The position numbers and the translations under genes are program-made. Under the pieces are notes generated by a model. The model saw nothing but the letters and a program-made list of their open reading frames with translations, was not told the DNA's origin and did no database searches. This document shows, one piece after another, positions 17,127-26,300 of a stretch of 64,000 bases of DNA. The DNA is taken from assembly GCA_012514745.1 (NCBI GenBank), contig JAAYZR010000002.1, forward strand, positions 40,962 through 104,961, in the 5' to 3' direction. Source of the stretch: Candidatus Undivivens industriae (GTDB taxonomy: Bacteria; Omnitrophota; Gorgyraeia; Gygaellales; Profunditerraquicolaceae). The first letter of the stretch is position 1. The number at the start of each line of letters is the position of its first letter.

Positions 17127-20100
17127 TAGAATTCTTCGTAAAACACAGGATCACCACGATCATGTTCATCCTGGTTTTCGTGGTGCTCGGCATTTTCAGC
17201 TATTCCAACCTGATGATCGAGAAGACCCCTAAAGTGGATTTTCCGATCGTCACGGTCTCCGTTACCTATCCCGGGGCCACCCCGTTGGAAGTGGAGACCC
17301 TGGTGGTAAAGAAAATAGAGGACGCCGTCTCGGAGATCTCCGAGATCAAGAAGATCAAGAGTCAGTCTTACGACAGTTTCGGGTTCATTTACGTGGAATT
17401 TCTGCTCTCCGCCGACGTGAACGTCAAGTCCATAGAAGTGAAGGACAAGGTGGAGGCTATCCTCAACGATCTTCCAGACGCCGTGGAAAAGCCGGTCATC
17501 GAGAAATACGACCCGCTCATCGAACCGGTGCTGGACCTGGTTTTGTCCTCGGACAACGGCGACCTGCGCGAGGTGTATGAATACGCGGATAAAACGCTGA
17601 AAACCAGGTTTTCCTCCATACGCGGCGTGGCCAAGGTAGACGTCTACGGCGGGAAGAAACGACAGATAAACGTGCGCCTCGATCCTATGCTGATGAAACA
17701 ACATTATATCAGTATAAACGAGGTGGTCGCCGCGCTGATGGCGCGCAACAAGAACGTCCCTGCCGGAGATATAGAAAAGGGGTTTGACGCCCTTAGCGTG
17801 CGTTTTACCGGGGAGTTCCAGAGCGTGGAGGAGATAGCGCAGACCCGCCTTGTCTCCACCGACGCCGGAGAGTTCCGGCTGAAAGATATCGCTTCGGTAG
17901 AGGACGGTTACAAGAAGATATCCAGTATCGCCAGATATAACGGGAAGGAAGTCGTAGCTCTCTCCGTGAACAAGGCCTCGGACGGCAATGCCGTGTACAT
18001 AGCGCAGGAAATGAAACGCCGCCTGCCGGCGTTACGCAAAGAGCTGCCGCAGGGGATGTATCTTGATATCGCCACCGACACCACCACCTTCATAGTCAAC
18101 GAAACAGCCGACACCGAATGGAATATTTTCATAGGGATAATCCTGACCATCGCCCTGCTTTTGCTTTTTCTTGGGAGGCGGGACATGTCTTTTATTTCCG
18201 CCATCATCATCCCCACCTCGATCATCTCCACATTTTTTCCCATGTGGGGGTCAGGGTTTTCCATAAACATGATGACCCTGCTGGCCATAGCCACGGTGCT
18301 GGGGACACTGATCTCCAACGCCCTTGTTATCCTGGAGAACGTGACGGTGCATATGGAACGCCACGATGATCCGGAGAAAGCGGCGATAGAAGGGACCAAA
18401 GAAGTTTTTATTCCCGTCATCGCCTCTACCGGCACCAACCTGGTGGTATTCCTGCCTATCGCCATGATGGGCGGGATGGTCGGGTTGTTCATGAAGTCCT
18501 TCGGTTTGACGGTAGTTTACGCCACTTGTTTCTCTCTCTTGGCCTCGTTCACCCTCACGCCCATGCTCTGTGCGGCGATGCTTAAAACGGACGGAGGCAA
18601 AAAGGCCGTTCCCGGCGGAAAAACGTCGAAACTGATATCTTTGTGGAACAAGATTTTATCCGGGATCGGCGCTATAATGGATCTGCTGAAAAAGGGATAC
18701 AGGCGTATATTCGACTGGATGTTCCGTTTCCCGGGTTTTACGATTTTCCTGTCGGCGCTGGCGCTGGCAGGGTCATTTTTGCTCGTTCCCTTCGTGGAAA
18801 ACGACTTCGCCCCGAAATCAGACGAGGATAAGATAGTGGTCAACTTTTCTCTGCCGCAAGGGTCGACTATCGAGCGAACCGAGGCTGCAGCGAAGCGGAT
18901 CGAAGCTTTCCTGGAGACCATACCGGAAAAGAAGTCTTATTTGGTCAATATCGGGGACAACGGCGTGGAGAACGCCAGGGTAACCCTGGACCTGCTTCCT
19001 TCGGCGGAACGCAGGCGCAGCGACCTGCAGGTTATCGATTCCCTGACCGTTTTTCTCTCCCGGCTCCCGGACGTGGAAGCCAGCAGCGTGCGCCAGGGGA
19101 TGAGTTCATCGGTCAGCGACGGAGACGTGGCCATAGATCTTTACGGCAGCGATTACGCGGTGATGGCGGAGATAGCGGGACAGATGAAGGAAATAATGTA
19201 CAAGAACGGCGCGTTCCAGAGCGTGATATTATCCTACAAGACGCCCAGAAAAGAGCTCCGTTTGATCCCCGACGAGGAGAAGCTGAACGAGTTCGGTCTG
19301 ACAGCCGCCGGGGCGGGTGCGGTGCTGCGTTATTCCATCTTCGGAGAGGATTCCAACATTTATAAGGAGAAAGGCGAGGAGTACAAGGTTAACGTGGAGC
19401 TGGACGACCGGTATGCCGGGAATTTCGACGATATCAAGGAGATATCCATACTTTCGCGCAAAGGATTGATTCCGGTCAGCGAACTGGGAGAGATCAGGAT
19501 GGATAAGGCTGTGCCGACTATCTGGCGCAGGGACCGCAGGCGCATCATCCGTCTGGACGGCTTCCTGGCGAAAAGTTCGCTTGGTATCGTCAGCGGAGAA
19601 CTTGATAATGAATTCAAGGCGGTAAAGTTTCCTCCGGGTTACAGTTATAAGTATGCGGGGTATTCCGAATACATGAACGAATCCACGGTTGAGCTCGGCA
19701 AAGCCTTCCTGCTGGCGGTGATCCTGACCTTCATGCTGCTGTGCGCCATAATGAATTCCCTAATAGCCTATCCTTTGGCGGTCATGGCTACGGTGCTTAC
19801 CTCTTTCGCGGGGATGATACTCGGGCTGTTCTTCATGAATCAGAGTATCAACATCGCTTCCATGATGGGAATGGTCATGCTGGTGGGCATGGTGGTTAAT
19901 AACGCCATCCTGCTCTTGGACCAGACCCTGGTGAAGATGAGAGAGGGGTTGCCGGTTAAGGATGCCCTGTGGCAGGGGGCTTCGGATAAATTCCGGGCCA
20001 TCATCATGACTTCCCTGGCTATAATACTGGGGGTCGTCCCCCAGATGTGGAGCTTGAGCAAGGTCAAGCAGTCTATGGGCGCGGTCATGATCGGCGGGAT

Positions 20101-20197
20101 GCTGGCTTCGATAGTATTCACTTTCGTGCTCGTCCCGGTGCTCTTTTGGTACCTGGAACGCTTCGAAAGAAAATTCCTCAGGAAAAGAACGGCATGA
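17123..20197 (+). CDS. RND efflux permease (AcrB/AcrD/AcrF family)
   Basis: 1024 aa; PKVDFPIVTVSVTYPGATPLEVE, SFTLTPML, RAIIMTS. Confidence 0.93.
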   Translation: MIEFFVKHRITTIMFILVFVVLGIFSYSNLMIEKTPKVDFPIVTVSVTYPGATPLEVETLVVKKIEDAVSEISEIKKIKSQSYDSFGFIYVEFLLSADVNVKSIEVKDKVEAILNDLPDAVEKPVIEKYDPLIEPVLDLVLSSDNGDLREVYEYADKTLKTRFSSIRGVAKVDVYGGKKRQINVRLDPMLMKQHYISINEVVAALMARNKNVPAGDIEKGFDALSVRFTGEFQSVEEIAQTRLVSTDAGEFRLKDIASVEDGYKKISSIARYNGKEVVALSVNKASDGNAVYIAQEMKRRLPALRKELPQGMYLDIATDTTTFIVNETADTEWNIFIGIILTIALLLLFLGRRDMSFISAIIIPTSIISTFFPMWGSGFSINMMTLLAIATVLGTLISNALVILENVTVHMERHDDPEKAAIEGTKEVFIPVIASTGTNLVVFLPIAMMGGMVGLFMKSFGLTVVYATCFSLLASFTLTPMLCAAMLKTDGGKKAVPGGKTSKLISLWNKILSGIGAIMDLLKKGYRRIFDWMFRFPGFTIFLSALALAGSFLLVPFVENDFAPKSDEDKIVVNFSLPQGSTIERTEAAAKRIEAFLETIPEKKSYLVNIGDNGVENARVTLDLLPSAERRRSDLQVIDSLTVFLSRLPDVEASSVRQGMSSSVSDGDVAIDLYGSDYAVMAEIAGQMKEIMYKNGAFQSVILSYKTPRKELRLIPDEEKLNEFGLTAAGAGAVLRYSIFGEDSNIYKEKGEEYKVNVELDDRYAGNFDDIKEISILSRKGLIPVSELGEIRMDKAVPTIWRRDRRRIIRLDGFLAKSSLGIVSGELDNEFKAVKFPPGYSYKYAGYSEYMNESTVELGKAFLLAVILTFMLLCAIMNSLIAYPLAVMATVLTSFAGMILGLFFMNQSINIASMMGMVMLVGMVVNNAILLLDQTLVKMREGLPVKDALWQGASDKFRAIIMTSLAIILGVVPQMWSLSKVKQSMGAVMIGGMLASIVFTFVLVPVLFWYLERFERKFLRKRTA

Positions 20198-20340
20198 AGT
20201 ATTGGGAATCTTTGTCTTTGGTAGCCGGAATGCTCGGGACAAACAAGGCGCTGCTCTGGCATGGGAGACGCGTCGCCGGGAAGAGTATCCATTTTTGAAC
20301 TTTGGCTTCGGAACGGTATCCCGGTATAAAAGACGGAGGT

Positions 20341-20426
20341 TGGTGCTGGAGGTGGGAGTTGAACCCACACGGACGTTAGCCCATCGGTTTTTGAGACCGA
20401 CGTGTATGCCATTCCACCACTCCAGC
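20341..20426 (-). tRNA. tRNA-Leu(CAA)
   Basis: Reverse complement GCTGGAGTGGTGGAATGGCATACACGTCGGTCTCAAAAACCGATG...GGTTCAACTCCCACCTCCAGCACCA; long variable arm, encoded CCA. Confidence 0.95.
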
Positions 20427-20442
20427 ATTATTGAGTATAATA

Positions 20443-20493
20443 AATATACTATCTAAAATCCTGTTTGTCAATTTGAGAAAATCGTTGTATAAT
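20443..20493. promoter_or_regulatory. Divergent sigma70 promoters with overlapping -35 elements
   Basis: Minus strand TTGACA(20471-20466)-17-TATATT toward tRNA-Leu; plus strand TTGTCA(20465-20470)-17-TATAAT toward tRNA-Ala. Confidence 0.75.
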
Positions 20494-20525
20494 TATTACT
20501 TCTGCCCGGGGTATTATCCGGGGTG

Positions 20526-20669
20526 GTGAATACGGGATTTTTATTTCGACGGCGCTTAAACGCGCACTTAAGGCCGCGTTTAAGCCCCTCAAACCGCATA
20601 GGCACCGCTCAGTATCAAAATCATGAGCAAACCATGGCCTTTCGGTCGTGGCGCGTCGAATTGATTCAT
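20526..20669 (+). ncRNA. Putative structured RNA / pre-tRNA leader
   Basis: Closing stem TTCGACG/CGTCGAA enclosing three hairpins, including a perfect 11-bp stem; family not recognised. Confidence 0.35.
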
Positions 20670-20745
20670 GGGGCTGTAGCTCAGCTGGGAGAGCACTTGC
20701 ATGGCATGCAAGGGGTCAGGAGTTCAATCCTCCTCAGCTCCACCA
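20670..20745 (+). tRNA. tRNA-Ala(GGC)
   Basis: GGGGCTGTAGCTCAGCTGGGAGAGCACTTGCATGGCATGCAAGGGGTCAGGAGTTCAATCCTCCTCAGCTCCACCA, 76 nt. Confidence 0.97.
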
Positions 20746-20843
20746 TTTTTATTCTGCGGCGCTGCGGTGAGGCGGCCGGGAGACGATGTCCCGTCCCTTC
20801 TTTAACAGCGCCTTGTTTGTTTTTCGGCGAAAGAATAATTATT

Positions 20844-22556
20844 ATGAAAAAAAAGATCTCGAAAACCACGCCTTCGCAGGATGTCCATTCCCGAAACGGC
20901 GCCCGGGTTCTGGTGGAATGCCTGGAAAAGGAAGGGGTGGAGGTTATCTTCGGTTACCCCGGCGCCGCCGTGCTCCCGCTTTTCGATCTCCTTTTCGACA
21001 GCAGGGTGCGTTTCGTGCTCACCAGGCATGAACAGGGCGCTTCTCACGCCGCCGACGGCTATGCCAGGGTGACTGGCAAACCCGGGGTATGCCTCGCCAC
21101 TTCCGGGCCGGGCGCGGTGAACCTTGTCACCGGGTTGGCAACAGCCTATATGGATTCAGTACCGCTGGTGGCGGTCACCGGGCAGGTAAAAACCACGCTT
21201 ATAGGCAACGATGCTTTTCAGGAAGCGGACGTGACCGGTATCACGCGTCCCATCACCAAACATAACTATTTGCTGAAGGACGCTCGCGAGATCCCGGGCG
21301 TCGTGCGCGAGGCTTTTTACCTTGCCTCTTCAGGCAGGCCCGGCCCGGTGTTGATAGACCTGCCGGTGGACGTTCAGCAGCAGGTAGTGGAAGGAGATCT
21401 CTTTGCTCCTTCCCCAAGGCAGGAGAAGATTAATCTTTCCGCGCACAGAGGACAGATACACAGGGCCGCGGAGTTGATCGCGGCTTCCCAAAAGCCGCTT
21501 ATAATCGCCGGCGGCGGGGCGGTCACCTCCGGGGCGCAACGGCTGCTTGTGGAGCTGGCGGATAGGATACGCTGTCCGGCGGCGGTAACGCTTATGGGCA
21601 TGGGGGTTTTTCCGGCCGGACACGGATTTTATCTGGGTATGCCGGGGATGCACGGAACAGTTTATGCCAACCGGGCGATCAGCGAATCGGATTTGATTAT
21701 AGCCGTCGGCGTGCGTTTTGACGACAGGGTCACCGGACGGACCGACGCGTTTGCGCCCCGGGCGAGGATCATACAGATAGACATAGATCCTTCTTCCATC
21801 GGCAAGAATATCGACGCCGACCTGCCGATAACCGCCGACGCTTCGGCGGCGCTGGCCCAACTGCTGAAAGCTTTGAAAAAACTGCCGGATACCGGCAAAT
21901 GGCTGCAGCGCGTCGCCCGGCTCAAAAAAGAATATCCTTTATCTTACAAAGACGAGCCCGGGAAGATAAAACCGCAGTCGGTGATCCAAGAGATATATAA
22001 AGCCACTAAAGGCAGAGCGATAATCGTCACCGACGTGGGGCAAAACCAGATGTGGACCGCGCAATGGTATCCTTTCGAACGCCCGCGCCGTCTGATAACT
22101 TCCGGGGGGCTGGGGACTATGGGGTTCGGCCTGCCGGCGGCCATGGGCGCCAAGATCGCCTCTCCGCGCGATACCGTATTTCTTATTTCAGGAGACGGCT
22201 CCATACAGATGAATTTACGGGAACTGGCTACCTGCGCCGCCGAAGGTATAGACATCAAGATAGCGGTGTTGAACAACGGATGCCTGGGGATGGTGCGTCA
22301 ATGGCAGGAATTGTTCTATAGACGGCGTTACAGTCAGTCGTTGCTGTGCTCGCCGGATTTCGTTATGCTGGCGCGCAGTTACGGTCTCGACGGGGCCCTG
22401 GTGCGAGGGAATAATGGGGTGCGTCCGGCGTTGAAGAAGGCGTTGTCTTCGCGCAAGACGTTCATTGTTGATTTTCGCGTAGACAGCGGGGAAAACGTCA
22501 TGCCGATGGTGCCCGCGGGAGAGGCTATCGACCGCATGATCGGCGGCATGGCTTGA
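20844..22556 (+). CDS. ilvB: Acetolactate synthase large subunit
   Basis: FGYPG, RHEQGA, TSGPG, FDDRVTG, DVGQNQMW, GDGS..NN; start moved to ATG 20844 because the ORF-track extension runs through the tRNA. Confidence 0.95.
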   Translation: MKKKISKTTPSQDVHSRNGARVLVECLEKEGVEVIFGYPGAAVLPLFDLLFDSRVRFVLTRHEQGASHAADGYARVTGKPGVCLATSGPGAVNLVTGLATAYMDSVPLVAVTGQVKTTLIGNDAFQEADVTGITRPITKHNYLLKDAREIPGVVREAFYLASSGRPGPVLIDLPVDVQQQVVEGDLFAPSPRQEKINLSAHRGQIHRAAELIAASQKPLIIAGGGAVTSGAQRLLVELADRIRCPAAVTLMGMGVFPAGHGFYLGMPGMHGTVYANRAISESDLIIAVGVRFDDRVTGRTDAFAPRARIIQIDIDPSSIGKNIDADLPITADASAALAQLLKALKKLPDTGKWLQRVARLKKEYPLSYKDEPGKIKPQSVIQEIYKATKGRAIIVTDVGQNQMWTAQWYPFERPRRLITSGGLGTMGFGLPAAMGAKIASPRDTVFLISGDGSIQMNLRELATCAAEGIDIKIAVLNNGCLGMVRQWQELFYRRRYSQSLLCSPDFVMLARSYGLDGALVRGNNGVRPALKKALSSRKTFIVDFRVDSGENVMPMVPAGEAIDRMIGGMA

Positions 22557-22578
22557 CGGCCGCACGGAGATAACCGGT

Positions 22579-23430
22579 ATGTCTATGCTTTTAGGTGCGC
22601 ATATTTCCGCGGCGGGCGGGGTTTCTCTGGTGCCCGGCCGGGCCGCGGAATTGGGGTGTAATACAGCGCAGTTTTTCAGCCGCAGTCCGCAGTCCTGGCG
22701 CAGCAGGAGGCTGGACCTTTCTCAGGCCGCGGGGTTCCGCAAGGGGCGCGCGCAAAACGGCATCGCCCCGGTTTTCATACACATTTCATATCTGATAAAT
22801 CTTGCCTCGGCGGACAAAAAGCTTTTTCTTTCCTCCGTGGAGGCTTTTGTGGAAGATATGCGCGACGCGGAAATCCTCGGCGCTGATTATATCGTCAGCC
22901 ATATGGGCTGCCACAAGGGGGCGGGAGAGGATGCCGGACTGGCGCGTTTCTCCGGCGCGCTTAATACCATTATCAAAAAAACCGCCGGTTCTTCCGTAGG
23001 GATACTGCTGGAGAATTCAGCCGGCTCCGGCAGCTGCCTGGGATACGATTTTTCTCATCAGCGCAGGGTGCTGGAAGCGCTTGAAGACACGGGAAGGGTC
23101 GGCACTTGCCTTGATACGGCGCATGCCTTTGCCTCCGGGTACGATCTTTCCACGGCCTCAGGGCTGGCTGAGCTTTTGAAGGAAATACAAGATCAAACCG
23201 GAACGGAAAAATTGAGACTGGTCCATCTTAACGACAGCAGGAGCCCCTGCGGTTCGCGCGTGGACGCGCACGAACATATCGGCAAAGGCATGATAGGGCT
23301 CGCAGGGATGCGTAGGATAGTCAATCATCCGTTTTTAAAAAACCTGCCTTTCATCCTGGAGACGCCGAAAGACGGCGTTAGGGCGGACGCGATAAATTTA
23401 AGCACGGTAAAGGAATTACGCGGGCGTTGA
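22579..23430 (+). CDS. nfo: Endonuclease IV
   Basis: LGAHISAAGG, YLINLAS, LLENSAG, CLDTAH, HLNDS, HEHIG, ILETP. Confidence 0.95.
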   Translation: MSMLLGAHISAAGGVSLVPGRAAELGCNTAQFFSRSPQSWRSRRLDLSQAAGFRKGRAQNGIAPVFIHISYLINLASADKKLFLSSVEAFVEDMRDAEILGADYIVSHMGCHKGAGEDAGLARFSGALNTIIKKTAGSSVGILLENSAGSGSCLGYDFSHQRRVLEALEDTGRVGTCLDTAHAFASGYDLSTASGLAELLKEIQDQTGTEKLRLVHLNDSRSPCGSRVDAHEHIGKGMIGLAGMRRIVNHPFLKNLPFILETPKDGVRADAINLSTVKELRGR

Positions 23431-23456
23431 ATCGCGGGTTTCGAACGGGGGAAAAT

Positions 23457-25856
23457 ATGGAACAATATGATTTTTCGCGGATAGAACAGAAATGGCAGCG
23501 TATCTGGGAAGAAAAGGGGGTTTTTCGCGCCCAACGCGACCCCCGGCGCAAGTTCTACTGTCTGGAGATGTTTCCATATCCTTCCGGGAAGATACACATG
23601 GGGCACGTGCGTAACTATACTATCGGGGACGTTTACAGCCGGTATAAGTCTTTGTGCGGATATAACGTGCTGCATCCGATGGGGTTTGACGCTTTCGGAC
23701 AGCCGGCCGAGAATGCCGCGATCAAGAACGGGACAAAGCCGGACGTTTGGACATACAAGTGCATAGAAGAAATGCGTGTTGAGTTGAAGAAAATGGGATT
23801 TTCTTATGATTGGCAGCGCGAAGTAGCGACCTGCGACAGTAGTTATTACCGCTGGAATCAGTGGATATTCCTGAAGATGCTGGAGAAAGGGTTGGCGTAT
23901 AAAAAGGCTTCTCCGGTCAACTGGTGCCCCTCCTGTGCCACCACCCTGGCCAATGAGGAAGTGATAGACGGCGGCTGCTGGCGCTGCCACAGCCCGGTGG
24001 AACAGCGTCGGTTGGAACAGTGGTATTTGAAGATCACGCAATACCAGGAACGCCTGCTGGAAGACCTCAAGGAACTGGAACATTGGCCGGATAAGGTCCG
24101 GGCCATGCAGGAGAACTGGCTGGGCAAAAGCGAAGGCACGGAGATTTATTTCCGGGAAAAGGACAACGGCTCCGTGATTACCGTTTTCACCACCCGGCCG
24201 GACACCATTTTCGGGGCGACCTATCTGGTGATGGCCCCGGAACACCCTCTTTTAGCGGAGATAATAAAAGGCCGGCCGCGGGAAGATAAAGTGAAAGAAT
24301 TCATCGCCGGAGCAGGCGCGCGCAGAAAGGCTTCGTCATTGTCTGAGCCCGGGAAAGAAGGGATTTTTACCGGCGCCTACGCGGTGAATCCGGTGAATTC
24401 GGAAAGTGTGCCTATCTGGACCGCCGATTATGTCCTGACCGGTTACGGAACCGGCGCGGTAATGGCCGTGCCCACGCACGACCAGCGCGATTTCCTTTTC
24501 GCCAAAGAACACGGTCTGCCTTTACGTATAGTAATACGGTCTGCGGGCGAACCCGGCCGGACTGCAGAGCAGATGGTGGAAGCGTATGAGGATGACGGCA
24601 CCCTGGTAAATTCCGGAGATTTCGACGGATTGCCTGCGGGTGAAGCCCGGGATAAGATATCGGTCTGGATGGAAAAAGAAGGCATGGGCAAGAGAGTTAC
24701 TTGTTGGAGGCTGCGCGACTGGCTGATCTCCAGGCAGCGTTACTGGGGGACCCCCATACCGGTAATTTATTGCCGGGACTGCGGCATAGTTCCGGTGCCT
24801 TACGAACATCTCCCCGTGGAGTTACCCGCCGACGCGCCTTTTACCGGGGAGGGCGGCAGCCCGCTGGGCAAGGTCGCGGAGTTCGTCGAGACCGTCTGTC
24901 CCAAGTGCGGCGGCAGAGCGCGCCGGGAAACCGACACCATGGCGACTTTCTTCGATTCTTCCTGGTATTTCTTGCGTTACTGCTCTCCGGGCGAAATATC
25001 CGCCCCTTTTAACGGCGCGGATGCGGCTTACTGGATGCCGGTTGACCAGTATATCGGCGGCATAGAACACGCCATACTGCATCTGCTTTATTCCAGGTTC
25101 TTCACCAAGTTTTTCAGCGATCTCGGCATGCTCAAGCTGAAAGAGCCGTTCAACTGTCTTTTGACGCAGGGGATGGTGCTTAAGGACGGGGAGGTGATGT
25201 CGAAATCCAGGGGGAATATCGTCGATCCGGACTCCATGATCAGAAGGTACGGGGCGGACACCCTGCGTTTGTTCATCCTTTTTGCCGCCCCCCCTGAGAC
25301 GGAACTGGAATGGGATGAACGCGGCCTGGATGGAGCGCACCGTTTTCTGAACCGCGTCTGGCGGATTAAGGATAATCTTGTCCCGTCTTCTCCGGAGAGC
25401 ATCCTGCGGGCGATGCACCGCACGGTAAGGAAAGTTACGGACGAGGTGGAGAATTTCAAATTCAATACCGCCATCGCGGCGATGATGGAATTCGTCAACG
25501 CCGTCTATCAGTCGGGGGCGGATAGAGAGGTCTATTCGGTGTTGTTAAGGCTTCTTGCCCCGTTTGTCCCGCATTTCTGCGAGGAACTCTGGGAAGAAAC
25601 GGGGCATAAAGAGACTATTTTCGTTTCCGGCTGGCCGTCTTATGACCCTGAAATGCTCAGAGAATCCACCCTGACCGTCGTGGTGCAGGTCAACAGCAGG
25701 GTGCGTTCCAAGCTTAGGGTTCCGGCCGACATAGAAGAGGAGGAATTAAAACGTCTGGCCCGGTGCGACGAACAGGTCCTTCCCTGGCTGGCGGGAAAGA
25801 ATATAAAAAGCGTGATAGTGGTGCCGGGCAAACTGATCAATATAGTCGCGGCGTAA
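23457..25856 (+). CDS. leuS: Leucine--tRNA ligase
   Basis: MFPYPSGKIHMGH, VFTTRPDT, ISRQRYWG, VMSKS. Confidence 0.98.
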   Translation: MEQYDFSRIEQKWQRIWEEKGVFRAQRDPRRKFYCLEMFPYPSGKIHMGHVRNYTIGDVYSRYKSLCGYNVLHPMGFDAFGQPAENAAIKNGTKPDVWTYKCIEEMRVELKKMGFSYDWQREVATCDSSYYRWNQWIFLKMLEKGLAYKKASPVNWCPSCATTLANEEVIDGGCWRCHSPVEQRRLEQWYLKITQYQERLLEDLKELEHWPDKVRAMQENWLGKSEGTEIYFREKDNGSVITVFTTRPDTIFGATYLVMAPEHPLLAEIIKGRPREDKVKEFIAGAGARRKASSLSEPGKEGIFTGAYAVNPVNSESVPIWTADYVLTGYGTGAVMAVPTHDQRDFLFAKEHGLPLRIVIRSAGEPGRTAEQMVEAYEDDGTLVNSGDFDGLPAGEARDKISVWMEKEGMGKRVTCWRLRDWLISRQRYWGTPIPVIYCRDCGIVPVPYEHLPVELPADAPFTGEGGSPLGKVAEFVETVCPKCGGRARRETDTMATFFDSSWYFLRYCSPGEISAPFNGADAAYWMPVDQYIGGIEHAILHLLYSRFFTKFFSDLGMLKLKEPFNCLLTQGMVLKDGEVMSKSRGNIVDPDSMIRRYGADTLRLFILFAAPPETELEWDERGLDGAHRFLNRVWRIKDNLVPSSPESILRAMHRTVRKVTDEVENFKFNTAIAAMMEFVNAVYQSGADREVYSVLLRLLAPFVPHFCEELWEETGHKETIFVSGWPSYDPEMLRESTLTVVVQVNSRVRSKLRVPADIEEEELKRLARCDEQVLPWLAGKNIKSVIVVPGKLINIVAA

Positions 25857-25882
25857 GCATAAGAAAAGGTATTGGTATCGTT

Positions 25883-25920
25883 ACGGCCGTTCCTCCAGTA
25901 TGGAGGGCGGCCGTTTTTTT
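25883..25920 (+). terminator. Intrinsic terminator after leuS
   Basis: ACGGCCGTTCCTCCA-GTA-TGGAGGGCGGCCGT followed by a T run. Confidence 0.85.
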
Positions 25921-25955
25921 GCGTTAGAAAAAGCCCTTTTAGTGCGTCTATTAAT

Positions 25956-26300
25956 ATGATGGTATATTTTACTCCTCAAGAAAAACGCGCCCTGGTTTTT
26001 CTCTGCTGCGTGGTGCTGGCGGGTTCTGTCGCAGAGGCGGCGGGCAAGCATTTCCGGCGCAGCAGGCCTTTGCCGAGGATCTATTACCGCGTGGGGAAGC
26101 TGGATTTGAACCGCGCCGGTAAAGAGGAGCTCTGTTCTTTGCCCGGGATAGGAGAGAAATTGGCGGAACGCATATGCGTTCTGCGCGCCCGGCGCGGCGG
26201 ATTCGGGAGTATCGGGGAGTTGAAGGAAGTCGAAGGAATCGGAGAGGCGAAATACGGCAGGCTGAAGGATTTCTTTTATCTGGAAGGAGAGGAACGATAA
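25956..26300 (+). CDS. comEA: ComEA-like helix-hairpin-helix DNA-binding protein
   Basis: FTPQEKR + TM, LDLNRA, LPGIGEKLAERI, VEGIGE. Confidence 0.88.
   Translation: MMVYFTPQEKRALVFLCCVVLAGSVAEAAGKHFRRSRPLPRIYYRVGKLDLNRAGKEELCSLPGIGEKLAERICVLRARRGGFGSIGELKEVEGIGEAKYGRLKDFFYLEGEER

Noticed and set aside
14256-20426. Genomic island integrated at tRNA-Leu carrying the RND operon
   Set aside because: No integrase was found, and I could not find a duplicated tRNA 3' end by eye.
20523-20843. 107-aa N-terminal extension of IlvB in the ORF track
   Set aside because: It runs through tRNA-Ala and has no AHAS similarity. The real start is about 20844.
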